A DNA stretch of 63,504 nt, counting the filler, from Octopus bimaculoides (taxonomy: Eukaryota): NCBI RefSeq assembly GCF_001194135.2. It is 6 parts of 6 records of this genome, joined end to end, with 100 filler letters (N's around TTAATTAATTAA, not from the genome) between each part and the next. Parts side by side here need not be neighbours in the genome. Positions count along the whole stretch, not along the records: positions 6,626 to 23,485 come from NC_068982.1; positions 23,586 to 46,680 come from NC_069004.1; 4 more parts are not named here. One strand, given 5' to 3'. A program made the position numbers and the translations under genes. Shown piece by piece: positions 13,520 through 27,412 of the stretch. The stretch's first letter is position 1. Every line of letters starts with the position of its first letter. Below the pieces are notes generated by a model that ran no database searches, was not told the origin of the DNA, and worked only from the letters and a program-made list of their open reading frames with translations.

Positions 13520-14487
13520 TCATACGTTTAGATGCCTCTTAGTCTATACATTCAGACATTAATAAGCTCATCTGGATCAATATTGCAAGATATCTGTCCA
13601 AGTACCAAAGAGATCCTTATAATTACAAAGATAATGAAGCGTAATCGCTTCTGACACCAAGACAAGTAAAATGTCAAGGCCACTTACATCATTCTCATCA
13701 CTGTCGTAGCAATCACTTCGAAAGTGACACGAAAATATTTGTAACAACTGATATAATTGAACATCACTGAAACTGAATAAAAGAATTATCGAAAGCCTGA
13801 CTGGTCCTAAATCTCCGAGTGACTTTCCTATTTCAAAATTTCCTGATTAATCTACTCTTGACTGGTTATTTCCGCCTTCAATCTCAAATTCTATCAATTG
13901 TCCGGTCTTATATTTAATCCTCTCTTAGCTTCGGATTTAGTACACTAGATTACATGTTCAACTAATTTACTTGCATACCACTCTAAATTTCCTTTTATCT
14001 ATTTCAAGGCAGCTGTAATAGAACAATGGGTTTTTTTAATACGTTATCTAAAACGAAATTTGGCGTCGAATGTTATTCCATTTTATTTACTGTTGTGCTG
14101 CTTTCCTTGTCTCCTCTCCCAAGTTACAGGACTCTTATCATGCATTGGTAAAGCTAAAATATCCATCTCTTTGGTTCCGATTAAGACAAACGTTTCAAAA
14201 AACCTAATTATGTGAAGAGTGTTAATAATTCTATTTTTCGACATCGACAACAAAACTCTCTATAACAAATCAAAGGAGATGTTATATACAGAGAGCACCC
14301 CACAAAAATCTCATGTTGCACATACCATAGCAATACGATGGAAAATCTAGTGTTGTAATAATGATAAGCAGTAATCATAAAGAAAAAAATATTTGATTGC
14401 TTGTCAGTTCACAGTTTCATTTCTCGAGAAGGCGAGGTGTGATAACCTTCCAGAAAACTTCTCACAGTGCAACATAGAATATTTCAA

Positions 14488-15026
14488 GGATCCTTTCACT
14501 TCCATCGGCAGATCGAGAAATTAATCTTTTGTAACTAAACACTTTCAAACTTCGGACACTGGTAGAATGTGTCAAATAAAACATCTTTTACTCTTAGCGG
14601 GAGGAAGTTTTTCCGAAAATAGTAGCTGAAAAACAGGGAAAAACCCTAAAAGCAGTAGAAATGCACGAACGATTATGGTGGTGTCGTGAAGTAAACGTAC
14701 TTCAGATACACTCGTTTATTCATACGAACGTAACTGAGATGAAATATGTCATAAATAACAGTGACAAACGAAATATACACCGCCGGAGGTTGTTGTTGAC
14801 AAACAACAGCAGTAATTTTATTCAGCTGAATACACGTCTTCGATTGGTTGAAATTACCGAAATACGACAACTTTAACACGAAATAACTTCGTAAATAGAA
14901 ACTTTTATCAACAACGCTAAGAGTAAAAGATGGTTTATATGACACATTCTACCAGTGTCTGAAGTTTGAAAGTGTTTAGTTACAAAAAATTAATTTCTCG
15001 ATCTGCCGATGAAAGGGAAAAGATCC
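14488..15026. mobile_element. MITE/foldback element with 112-bp inverted arms
   Basis: 14488-14599 is the reverse complement of 14915-15026 with few mismatches; non-coding ~315-bp core; no TSD seen. Confidence 0.8.
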
Positions 15027-15501
15027 GAGAGGAGAGTAAAGACAAAACTCGAACTCAGTAACTGATAGGTGACTCATTCGAAACCTTACAAATCAAGCAC
15101 ATATTCAATTTGAGAGATTTGAACATGTATCGAGAAAAGATGGAACAGCTATGTAAGAAATATTATTCGATATTCTAACGAAGCTACTGAAAAATGAAAC
15201 GAAATATTTCTTTATAACACTATATTCAAATGTTCAAGACCCTCCAGTGTGGATAACCTTGTTTGTTTGGCTACTCTTTTTTCTTACAGAGAATAAAAGA
15301 AAAAGATTTGAAAAAAAAAATTATGACTGCAATATTCTTCAGTTAACTTAAAATAGCAAAGCAATTTCAACTCGATGCTTAAATGTTATTAAAATTATAT
15401 AACGACAATCAATAGAAACTATAATAAATAATGTAATAATGTACTGCATATCTTTAAAGAAACACAAGGCAGCACAATTCAGATCTGTGAAAATAGGCAA
15501 A

Positions 15502-15544
<43 letters not shown>

Positions 15545-16340
15545 NNNNNNNNNNNNNNNNNNNNNNNNNNNNNNNNNNNNNNNNNNNNNNNNNNNNNNNN
15601 NNNNNNNNNNNNNNNNNNNNNNNNNNNNNNNNNNNNNNNNNNNNNNNNNNNNNNNNNNNNNNNNNNNNNNNNNNNNNNNNNNNNNNNNNNNNNNNNNNNN
15701 NNNNNNNNNNNNNNNNNNNNNNNNNNNNNNNNNNNNNNNNNNNNNNNNNNNNNNNNNNNNNNNNNNNNNNNNNNNNNNNNNNNNNNNNNNNNNNNNNNNN
15801 NNNNNNNNNNNNNNNNNNNNNNNNNNNNNNNNNNNNNNNNNNNNNNNNNNNNNNNNNNNNNNNNNNNNNNNNNNNNNNNNNNNNNNNNNNNNNNNNNNNN
15901 NNNNNNNNNNNNNNNNNNNNNNNNNNNNNNNNNNNNNNNNNNNNNNNNNNNNNNNNNNNNNNNNNNNNNNNNNNNNNNNNNNNNNNNNNNNNNNNNNNNN
16001 NNNNNNNNNNNNNNNNNNNNNNNNNNNNNNNNNNNNNNNNNNNNNNNNNNNNNNNNNNNNNNNNNNNNNNNNNNNNNNNNNNNNNNNNNNNNNNNNNNNN
16101 NNNNNNNNNNNNNNNNNNNNNNNNNNNNNNNNNNNNNNNNNNNNNNNNNNNNNNNNNNNNNNNNNNNNNNNNNNNNNNNNNNNNNNNNNNNNNNNNNNNN
16201 NNNNNNNNNNNNNNNNNNNNNNNNNNNNNNNNNNNNNNNNNNNNNNNNNNNNNNNNNNNNNNNNNNNNNNNNNNNNNNNNNNNNNNNNNNTATATATATA
16301 TATATATATATATGTACATATGTACGTACATAAATCAATG

Positions 16341-16390
<50 letters not shown>

Positions 16391-17029
16391 TGCCGTTGGT
16401 CGAATATACGGGACAAGCAAACTCGATATTTCGATATTATTCATGAATACATAATGTTATGTTGTCTTACATGTTTATATAAATTAACGCACATGCACAC
16501 ATATACATACATAAGTGCATACATATATACTTACATATTATATGTAAACCTGTAACGGTTTGTATTTATTAGGAAATCATTTCACATGAATCATTATTTT
16601 TCGTTTAGAATAAATATTTCCGATGCATATGATCGGTTTTCCGTAGCCAAAATATAAATGGTAGTCTCTCACAGAAATTGAAAATTTCTTATCTTCCATA
16701 GATGTAACAATTAATTTCATCTCTTTTCACTTTTTATTAATGAATTGCAATTGATATCATTTATTCCACAACGTTGCCTAATTATCAGTGAAAATTAAAA
16801 TTGTGCTAAAAGGCCCTTAGTCAGGAGAACGGTCAGTGCTATTACCCTATACAGGACCTCCGTCACGAGTGAGATTTAGACGGTAGGGACCTTGAAACCA
16901 GAGATCTGGAACGTGTGATAGTAAGAGCGCAGGTGGATAAAGTCTACCATAAAGTGACTTCAACGCAAAATACGAGGAACAATATCGTATATCTCAAAGG
17001 CATTGTTTCTGATTTCTTCTGTTGCTTCC

Positions 17030-17135
17030 AAAAATATAAAAGTGAAAGATGACTTCGATTGGATTTGAACTCAGAAAGCAGTAGTTGGCACAAATACTGC
17101 ATGCACTCTACCTGACGCAGAAGTAACTCAGCCAA
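17030..17135 (-). mobile_element. Degenerate SINE family 1 head
   Basis: GGATTTGAACTCAGAA...AAATACTGC...CAGCCAATTCGC resembles the reverse complement of the family 1 head. Confidence 0.5.
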
Positions 17136-17494
17136 TTCGCAACCTGTAATCGGGTTGTGTGTGCGCGCGCGTGTATGTGTTTAAATTTGTGCGTTCTTTA
17201 TTTTTTTGTTTTTTGTTTTTTTGGAAACCAAGTTTGAGAAAGGCAACGGGAAATTCATTGATGAATATGTGACTCGCTACTAAGACTAGAGTCAACTTTT
17301 ACTTTCTGTAAATTTCGTGTTAACTGGGAATTTTAGTTTCTCCAGACGGTTTAATCAGCCAATAAAAAAATATTTTCATCCAGTATAAATTACTAGCTAA
17401 ATATTCCTTTTTTTAATGATGTTCCTTGTCTACTTTGTATTTAAACTTCACAGGGAAATCTTTATTTTACTGTGTGAATAGCACAAATATGCAT

Positions 17495-17539
<45 letters not shown>

Positions 17540-20500
17540 NNNNNNNNNNNNNNNNNNNNNNNNNNNNNNNNNNNNNNNNNNNNNNNNNNNNNNNNNNNNN
17601 NNNNNNNNNNNNNNNNNNNNNNNNNNNNNNNNNNNNNNNNNNNNNNNNNNNNNNNNNNNNNNNNNNNNNNNNNNNNNNNNNNNNNNNNNNNNNNNNNNNN
17701 NNNNNNNNNNNNNNNNNNNNNNNNNNNNNNNNNNNNNNNNNNNNNNNNNNNNNNNNNNNNNNNNNNNNNNNNNNNNNNNNNNNNNNNNNNNNNNNNNNNN
17801 NNNNNNNNNNNNNNNNNNNNNNNNNNNNNNNNNNNNNNNNNNNNNNNNNNNNNNNNNNNNNNNNNNNNNNNNNNNNNNNNNNNNNNNNNNNNNNNNNNNN
17901 NNNNNNNNNNNNNNNNNNNNNNNNNNNNNNNNNNNNNNNNNNNNNNNNNNNNNNNNNNNNNNNNNNNNNNNNNNNNNNNNNNNNNNNNNNNNNNNNNNNN
18001 NNNNNNNNNNNNNNNNNNNNNNNNNNNNNNNNNNNNNNNNNNNNNNNNNNNNNNNNNNNNNNNNNNNNNNNNNNNNNNNNNNNNNNNNNNNNNNNNNNNN
18101 NNNNNNNNNNNNNNNNNNNNNNNNNNNNNATATATATATATATATATATATACATGCATGCATACAGTAACAAACACCTATATATATATACATGCATATA
18201 TATACATATATATATATATTTATATATAAGTATACATACATACTCACACAAACATCTATATATATACATATATATATACAGAGGGGTTTACATGAGTATA
18301 ATATGAGCCCCGAATTTATGCGTATATGTAATGCAATTAAGCCTGCATGTATAACACTTCTTTCATTCTGTAGGTATTTTCCTATTTTACTTTCGGCTAA
18401 CTTTTCTTCATTCTTTCATTTTGGACTTCCTTTTTCTCTCATTCCAACAGTTATATATGTGTGTGCGTCATTTAGTGTATATGTATTTGCAAATAAAACC
18501 ATATTCATATTCACTTATGTATGGTATATATGCATGCACGTGCTTGTTATATATATACATATATATACACATACATCTACGAAATGAAACACCCGTACAT
18601 ATTTCATATAATATTTGTCTGCATTCGTGCTTTTAGGTATGTATGTAATTGTCTATGTATATGTATCCACGTATGTGCATGGTTTAATTCTCTTCAGCGG
18701 ATATTTTTGGAACATCAAAGCTAGAAATCAATTCATTTTAAGACGAATAATTACCTCCATTATTTTAATTCACACTTTTTACTAGTTCTAGCAAAAAGAT
18801 TTCTTCAGCAATTAATTGCCTTAAGATCACCGTACTATTGTAATACTTGATGGCCTCCGCTTGTAGAACATCTACAAGTTTAGAGCATAAAATCCTCTTT
18901 AATCTAATATCTGAAATTATTTCCATATTTTCTACAATTTATGCCATTATTTATCTGTAGCGTGTATTTTGAAAGGCAATTTCATCATACTTTATTTATC
19001 ACTTATATGTGTCTACTTTGAAAGGTAAATATATATTTTGAAATGAAAATCTGTGAGGCTATTGACGAACCGAAAGATGGTTCTAAATTGATTGAATCCA
19101 CTGCAGTGTACGACTTTGAAAGTTACTTAACTTTTTCTTTTGATCGGTCTATATTTACAAAGTAATGCTTTATTACTTTCCTAAGTGCTTGGAAATTACA
19201 AAGATGTGTTGATTTCAGTAGTTAAATTCTAAACCTTTGTTATTCCTCTTCAACAGTCATTCCAATAACCCTACCCATTGGTTGTTATTTCGTTTAAACA
19301 GAAATACGACTGCGTTGTCACGCACAGAGACTAATATCACGTGAACAAATTACTGAACTTAGAGATATCGTACTATGATCAGAAGGGGGAGTTATCAGAA
19401 CAGATAATATCATTGGTTTAATTCCTCTTCTTTATATAAATTATCAAGAGCTATTATATGTGGTGCATAGACGATACTATTTAGAATTTATGACGTGGCA
19501 TAATTATATTTTCAATGTTTTGAATGTTATGCATATACATACATATACATGTACATACATATACATGTACATACGTATACATGTATATATATATACATAC
19601 ATGTACATACAAACATATACATATACATATAAATATATATACATACATACATACATACATACATGCATACATACATACATACATACATAAATACATACAT
19701 ATATATCAGTCGCTATGCTTGACCGCTAATTCAATTAGGTCTTTTTTTTCTATTCTCTCTCTGTTTATTTTCTCTTATTCCTTTTTGTTCAAGAGCATAG
19801 GCTCGAAAGTAAAAAAACTCTTTTGCTTTCCTGATTGTCAAACTAATACACCTGCTTGGTATTCATATACCTGTCTTCGTCTTTTGTTTTTCAGTAAATT
19901 TCAACCACACACACACACACCTACACACACACACACATATACATTGAAAGATGATACACACACACACATGCACACACACAGCCAACAGATGAGATTCAGA
20001 GATGTTCAATATAGAAACCACTGAGAAGTGTTCAAATGACATTTGTACTGACGCTGATATTTTTATCGAGGACCAAGTTCTCTGGGGTAAAGAGTGGGTG
20101 TAAGACGAACCCAGCTGAGCTGATAAGGAGATGATAATGAAAATAAACATTTTGACACGGTTGGGTTTCATATACAAAATCTATATACATGCATAGATAA
20201 AAGTTATATATAGGGACGTATCTACAGAGAGAAACCAAAAATAGTGAAATTGATCAGATGAACGTCCATATATAAGCAAAGATATATTTATATATATATA
20301 CAGAGTAGATTTACATGGAGTACCAAAGATAAAGAACATTAAGGGCAGAGGGAATGATATTTCAGATACGACAGCTATCTCTGGAGACTAGGAATTGCTT
20401 AAATCTGTAATGTTCGCAGGAGGAATGTACAAAAAGTAAAAAATATGGCACCAGTAGTGGATGCACTTATACCGTATATTACCGTAAATCCAGTCTCCGT

Positions 20501-22064
20501 CTTCGGGGTGGTTATGAATTATACGATTTTTTACTTTTTTCTATATTCTATCCCAAATATGTTGCACAGGATTATCGTTTTAGCTGATTCTGTAAACACA
20601 GACAATTTTACTCCAACAGGAGTTACAGCATTGAGATACTGTATAGGAATTTAATGATGTTTTATGAACTAAGCTATTTATATTTTATGATAGTGATTTG
20701 TAATAAAGACTGTTCTCGTGCAAAAATTCTTTTATCAGTCTATCTATTTACCTGTCTATTTATCTATCTATCCAGCTATCTATCAAACCGCCTGTCTGTC
20801 TGTCAGTTCACAACAAACATATATGAAAATATAATTACATACCCATGCATATATGTTTCTATGCATGAATGTATGTATGTGTGTGTGCGTGTGCGTTTGC
20901 GTGTGTGCGCGTGCGAGTTGTGTGTATATCTTTATGTATAGCTGCATGTATGTATATATGTCTTTATGTATGTATAGATTGTGCGATGTGTACAGATTGT
21001 GTATATATTAAGAAAGAAGAGGTAATCAGAATTTGGAAAAAACTCACTCAAGTGACCAACACGCACAAGTCACACAATCTCCCAGACACATACACATAAA
21101 CACGCACACACATACACAGACACACAGACACAGACACACACACGTGCGCACGCACACACACATACACACACATTAAAAAAAACCTTCCAAAACAGTTTGA
21201 CAGATTTTATTTTCTGCGGTTGAGTAACATGAAACTCGATCGAAAATACGATCAGTCACACAATGACCAAAAGAAATTTATTTCAATTCATAAAAAATTT
21301 TGACCTTTTTAACCTGTCGTCATTTTCAACCGTTTTAGAAAAAAAACCTATCCTACTTTCTCTCTTTCTTCCTTTTTCTTTCGTTGTTTTTCCATTTCTC
21401 TCTCTAAGCAAACCACTAAAAGTTCAGCACGTATACACACACATATAGATCCCAAATGCCAAAGGACAACTCAACCGCTTCCAAACCATCCTTTCCCGAA
21501 AACCCAAGAAAACAAATTCAACTCCAGATGTTTTTGTTTTTTTTTAACTAACTCAAGAAAGCAGTAGGTCCCTAACAAAGAAAGAAAGCTTCATCTTTAG
21601 AATATTAGTAACAAAAATGCTAAATGCTGCCTGAAGATGTTTAGAATAAAATATTGTATATTTTTGCCTTTCTCTAAAGTGCATGTCACATAGACAATTT
21701 CTGCTGCCGAAAATCATTTGCTTTTACAGATTGTCACTAACCTTCACTTACATATCCACCAGAAAAAATAACAGCCAGTGCCTATGTGAATTTGTAATAA
21801 AAGCATAAAGTGTAATGCGATGCAATATTCAAAGCAGTACTTCATAGATATTCTCCTTTTCGCTGATTTTTGAAGAGATGTCCACGTCCCGTAGGACATC
21901 TACCTCCGCTGACTTAACACGATTATATTAGGTCTTTTACGTCTGTAGAAGGCGTAATTCTTCTTGAAACATTCTGCGCATTGTTCTATATATGTGTCTC
22001 TATTTTCTTGCATACGTATGTACTTATAATATGCGTGTTTGCGATTATAGACAGACAGACAGAC

Positions 22065-22113
<49 letters not shown>

Positions 22114-22176
22114 CCCGGAGAGGAGCTTTGGAAAGTACGCTAGAAGGCTTTTAAGCAGATAATACTACATGTAAAA

Positions 22177-22398
22177 AAGGCGGTGAGCTGGCAGAATCGT
22201 TAGCACGCCGGGCGAAATGCTTAGCGTTATTTCGTCTGCTGCTACGTTCTGAGTTCAAATTCCGCGGAGGTCGACTTTGCCTTTCATTATTTCGGGGTCG
22301 ATAAATTAAGAACCAGTTGCGTACTGGGGTGCAATCTAATCGACTGTCCCCCCCTCCCCAAAAATTTCGGGCCTTGTGCCTAGAGTAGAAAAGAATAT
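22177..22398 (+). mobile_element. Full-length SINE family 1 copy
   Basis: High similarity to 2787-3003. Confidence 0.9.
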
Positions 22399-22412
22399 TA
22401 CAAGTAGATATA

Positions 22413-22476
<64 letters not shown>

Positions 22477-22581
22477 GGAGTAAGCACACGAAATGTGCAA
22501 CAAGGTGGATAAAAGAGTACTCGAATACCAGATGTAGAGTAATATGCTTTATTTAAAAGTAGCAGAAATATAACAAAAAAA

Positions 22582-22619
22582 CCGTTACTCTGAGTTTCAC
22601 GTTCCCGTTCATCGGACAG
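22582..22619 (-). ncRNA. Minimal type I hammerhead ribozyme motif (U4C variant) within a ~150-bp element (22475-22625) embedded in (TA)n
   Basis: Minus strand reads CUGU-CCGAUGA-ACG(GGAA)CGU-GAA-ACUC(A)GAGU-A-ACGG: three stems, core and a GUA cleavage triplet. Confidence 0.65.
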
Positions 22620-23485
22620 TTTTGTTATATATATATTGAGAGCAAGCGAGAGAGATATCATATGCGTTTGTTTGGCGGCATTTAATAACTCCTCGTTTCA
22701 CCTCATAGTATAAACATTTCATTCTACTCGTATAGCAATCATTAAGTAATAAGAAATGGTAGTCATTTATTGTACTCATGTTTTATTCCAATCATTTTCT
22801 AATAAACATTGTATATTTTATAAAAGGACTATTCTGTGTTAACGTTAAATATTTGCCGTAAATACTCGTACTTTAAACTGTTAGTGATACATGCCCGTTA
22901 CTATCTACGGTTGCAGTAAGTTACATATACATATTTTCCACTCGCAGGTTAAAGGGAAATCTTACTCATTCAAATCTTATTTGCTACTCATTGCATACAA
23001 AAATAAAACAAATCAAAATTATCGGAGACCAAAATGATAGCATTTAGAAGAAACAATATCTTCGCCGATGAAGATGATAATAGTCTGAGATATTATAATT
23101 GCATTAACAAGCAAGCTGAAGCATTTGCAACATAGTACAGTGATATATAAGTGTTGCTAGTATTGTGTAAATTAAAGCTAAGAAGTTAATTCCTTATCTT
23201 GTAGCTTGAATATTCTTCATATTCACGTGAGAAATTATGGAGATTGACCTTAACAAAAATCAATAGTTCTAGGGTTTACATGTTTACTTACATGCACACA
23301 CACACACACATACACACACACATATATATATATGTATATATACATACATATATTTATATATATATACATGCATATACATATATATACACATACATATATA
23401 TATATATAAACTTTATATACATATATATGTATATATATATATACATGTATATATACGCATACAGATACATATATATATATATATA

Positions 23486-23585
23486 NNNNNNNNNNNNNNN
23501 NNNNNNNNNNNNNNNNNNNNNNNNNNNNNTTAATTAATTAANNNNNNNNNNNNNNNNNNNNNNNNNNNNNNNNNNNNNNNNNNNN
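23486..23585. other. Artificial scaffold-joining linker
   Basis: 44N-TTAATTAATTAA-44N. Confidence 0.95.
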
Positions 23586-23779
23586 ATATTCGTAATCTCC
23601 AAAGTCTAAAACGTAGGAATCCGAAACAAAATTTTCAAAACAATACACCCACACAGTCTAAAGTCTGGCCCTGTGCCTTGTTTGCTGTGAATGTGCGAAC
23701 AGAATCTTTTGTAATCTGTCCATCTACGATGAGAAATTTAAAAAAAAAAGAGGTTGTATCGCAAATCTAAAGCCTCTAA

Positions 23780-23995
23780 ATTCAAACTATACAGGGCGGG
23801 GGTGGAATCCAAAGTTAATCCTCGTCGCTGGAATTTTAACAAAAAAAATCAAAGGTGATTTATGAATACAAAACTCAATATTGGTAATTGTTCGTAAACC
23901 GATTAATTCTGAACCAAAGCCATCACAATTATTTCTTAATAAAGTCATCCTAAATTAAAATTTCGTATATGGCGTAATTCAGTGAAGAAGTAAGT
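23780..23995 (+). promoter_or_regulatory. Candidate promoter/non-coding first exon of ZNF-A
   Basis: GGGCGGG box near 23785; donor GAAGAA|GTAAGTTGGC at 23990 would splice to the acceptor at 24832. No transcript evidence. Confidence 0.3.
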
Positions 23996-25087
23996 TGGCT
24001 TACTTCCCTTTGCTTCTTTTATCAATCATCTCCCCCTTAATTTTTATCTAGTTTTTTTTTTACGCCCATAAACTGAACAATTACCCTCATTATCCACTAA
24101 ATAATCATGCTTCTGCATATTTTTTTCGCTAAAAACCTGCCTGATTACCTCCTTCATAATCCTGTGAAACCTTTTGACCATTGGTCCAGCCATTTGATCG
24201 TGAAGAGAGTACAAACAGACAGAGGGACATAACGCCCGTTATAGTAAGATTCCATATTCTGTAACCTGTAATCCGCATTTTTAGAGCAAAATATATTTCG
24301 TGAACATCCCAGCCCTCATCGTAGTTTTCACAATTAAAATTATATCCCACCACCCACACACACTCTAAAACAATATGACTTTCATTAAAAAAAATCTTCT
24401 TTCAAAAACCCATGTTCTTCAATAGTTTTCATCCCCTCACCTAAAGAAATTGTAAACATGGGGTAAATATGGATCCACTATATTTAGTTTCATTCAGACT
24501 ATATTGAATAGAAAATGTGAAAAAATGTTGGTAAAAGGAAGAACGTCCAGCTGTCGAAAATGTGCCTCAATAAATTCTGCTTGACCCATGCTAGCATTGG
24601 ACAGTGATTGCTGAAACAAAAATGACGATGATATATTTACATATACTCTAGTGTAACACACATACATACATACACATATTTCACAGTCCACAGTATTGAA
24701 AACGGAGGGTTACTTTGTTCAACTAAAAGTCTATTTTATACTTATTGTTTGTTAGTGTACAAACTTAGTAAAATATTCATTACTGAATTTTAGATTTTTT
24801 AACTATATCTTTGTATTCCTGTTTTATTTCAGAATATATGATGACATTGACATGAAATACGTCTGTATCTTGGACACATCATCAACATTGCTCATATTTC
24901 AAAGACTAAAGGAAGATGTTGAATAGATGTAAACTTGGAGAAATTCATCAGTCAGTGTGCAACCTCATCAGGTATTGACAAAGATCACAGTTTGTTTGAA
25001 GCATTGGAGAATGAATATTTGCAGAAATATAATACCAAAAGGAGAAGAAGAAAAGAAACCTATGCCTATTGTGGTGATCATAGAAAT

Positions 25088-25923
25088 ATGGAAAGCAAGC
25101 TTAATTATAAAACACAATGTAGAATGATTGATTTTTCTGCTGATATAACAAAAGAGAAAGATAAAATATCAAATTATTGTGAAATTTGTGGTAAAACATT
25201 ATCTCAAATGGCTCACTTAACTAGACACAAACAGTCATATAATCTACAAGTCATATCACTGTGATGTCTGTGGTAAATCATTCTCTTGGAATGATTACAT
25301 TATTATTCATAAACACAGTCATACAAGAGAGAAGCCATACAAGTGTAATGTCTGTGTAAAATCATTTTTATTGCCTAATCATTTTAACACCTCATAAACG
25401 TATTCATACAGGAGAGATGCCATTCTATTGTGACATCTGTGGTAAGACATTCTCTCAAAGTAGTGCTGTAATTAAACACAAACGTACTAATCATACAGGT
25501 GACAGACTATATCGTTGTGATATTTGTGGTAAATCATTCTCCGAAAGTAATTTAATTACCCACAAACTTATTCATACAGGAGACAGGCCATTTAGTTGTG
25601 ATGTCTGTGGTAAATGTTTTGCTCTCGATCGTCATTTAACTCGTCACAAGCGCACTCACACAGGAGAGAAACCATATCAGTGTATTACTTGTGGTAAATC
25701 TTTCTCCCAAAATGTTCATTTAACTAAACACAAACATATTCATACAGGAGAAAAGCCATATTGCTGTGTTACTTGTGGGAAATCATTCTCTCGAAATGAC
25801 CACTTGACTAATCATATACGCACTCATACAGGAGAGCGGCCATACCATTGTGATACCTGTGGTAAATCGTTTTCTCAAGATGGTCACTTAATTAGACATT
25901 CACGTATTCATAAAAAGCAGTAA
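25088..25923 (+). pseudogene. ZNF-A: C2H2 zinc-finger gene with 9 finger units interrupted by two +1 frameshifts (~25235 and ~25383)
   Basis: CxxC-x12-HxxxH units with TGEKP linkers in three successive frames; the last six fingers are open from ATG 25417 to TAA 25923; acceptor TTTTATTTCAG at 24832. Confidence 0.85.
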
Positions 25924-26385
25924 CCATATCACTCAAAAATAATTCCCAGAAATAAATATAGAATAATTTATGTCACAGTTTTCTACAATAACTTCCTGTT
26001 GCTTAAATCTAAACATGCATCTGGTTCATTACAGCTTGATTGATTCTGCACATCACATGACTATTTCTAACCAAGCAATAATCAGCTACTTTCCATATAT
26101 TCTACTTTGGAAATGTAGACTTCATTTGGTGCATTCCTAGTTTAAAAACAGAAACTAAATTATTTTCCCATCAATTTTTTTTTCCCCACCAGACTCTGTG
26201 GTCACTAATTAGGAATTACCCTCATAATCATTCTGTATGTTTATTTATTACAAATTATTTTCCTTTCTGGGTGGGTAGACAGAGTTTGCCATTGCTCAAA
26301 ATTGATCATTTATTTACATCTGTGTGTATAAGTCTGAGAAAGTTTCTTTTTTATTTGTGTGTGTGGAAGACTCACAGTTGCTTCT

Positions 26386-26614
26386 TATTTCTTTATTGCC
26401 CACAAGGGGCTAAACATAGAGGGAACAAACAAGGACAGACAAAGGTATAGGTCGATTACATCGACCCCTGTGTGTAAATGGTACTTAATTTATCGACCCC
26501 AAAAGGATGAAAGGCAAAGTCGACCTCGGCAGAATTTGAACTCAGAGCATAACGGCAGATGAAATACTGCTAAGCACTTCGCCTGGCGTGCTAACGTTTC
26601 TGCCAGTTCGCCAC
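26386..26614 (-). mobile_element. SINE family 1 (alternative tail) with 15-bp TSD
   Basis: TSD CTCACAGTTGCTTCT at 26371-26385 and 26615-26629. Confidence 0.92.
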
Positions 26615-26989
26615 CTCACAGTTGCTTCTATAAAACCTCTGCCATCAAATAGGTCAGTATGGAACCAATAACATCAAACTAAAGTACCAAAATGTTTCAT
26701 ATTCAAATGAAACGCATTTGTATATTGCAGTGAATACAGAAGAATTACAGAAAATGAATTATGTGTAAACAAGCTTGAATGTAAAACAGAATCGAAAAGG
26801 CTCGATTTTGCTAATGATTTAATAAACAAGAAAAGAAAAACATCAGCAGACTCTTCCTTTATTTTCTATATATCCACACTTTTGTTTGTTGGATGCTGTG
26901 CTTTTCTTTGTTCTTTCTTTCATTTCTGTGACATGCACTACCTTCTTTTAAAACATATAACCTTTGTTTATTTCATGAGTTTGATTTGG

Positions 26990-27373
26990 AGGATTCGTTG
27001 TCAATCATGGCCTGAATTTCACCAACAAGTTCAGAAGTTCTTTTCTTATCAGAACGATCAGAGTTAGTTTTCCGAACTGCCGTCCCTTCCTAATCACCAT
27101 TAGACTCACCCAACTGTTTCTGAATCCTCTGGACTGTCCTCAGATTGACGCCCAAACACACTGAAATGTTCGTATTGGAGCTTCCGGTGCGAATGCCAAG
27201 CAGTACAGCATGTCGTTTCCAAATTTCTGGCAGAGTGAATTGCGTCATGGTGCTGTTTTTCTCACAGACGGTACCTAACTGGCCCTACCATACTGTATAG
27301 TCGACAAAATGAAAAGCAAACAATGTGCGAAGTTAGAAATATAAAATGGCGACAATTTACCTATCACACCCTG
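26990..27373 (-). mobile_element. 5' fragment of a Tc1/mariner (maT/DD37D-like) element
   Basis: TA|CAGGGTG terminus at 27373; from ATG 27248 reads MTQFTLPEIWKRHAVLLGIRTGSSNTNISVCLGVNLRTVQRIQKQL...(stop)...EIQAMIDN, a transposase N-terminal HTH. Confidence 0.75.
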
Positions 27374-27412
27374 TATGTGTGTGTATATATATATCAAATC
27401 GACATTAATTGT

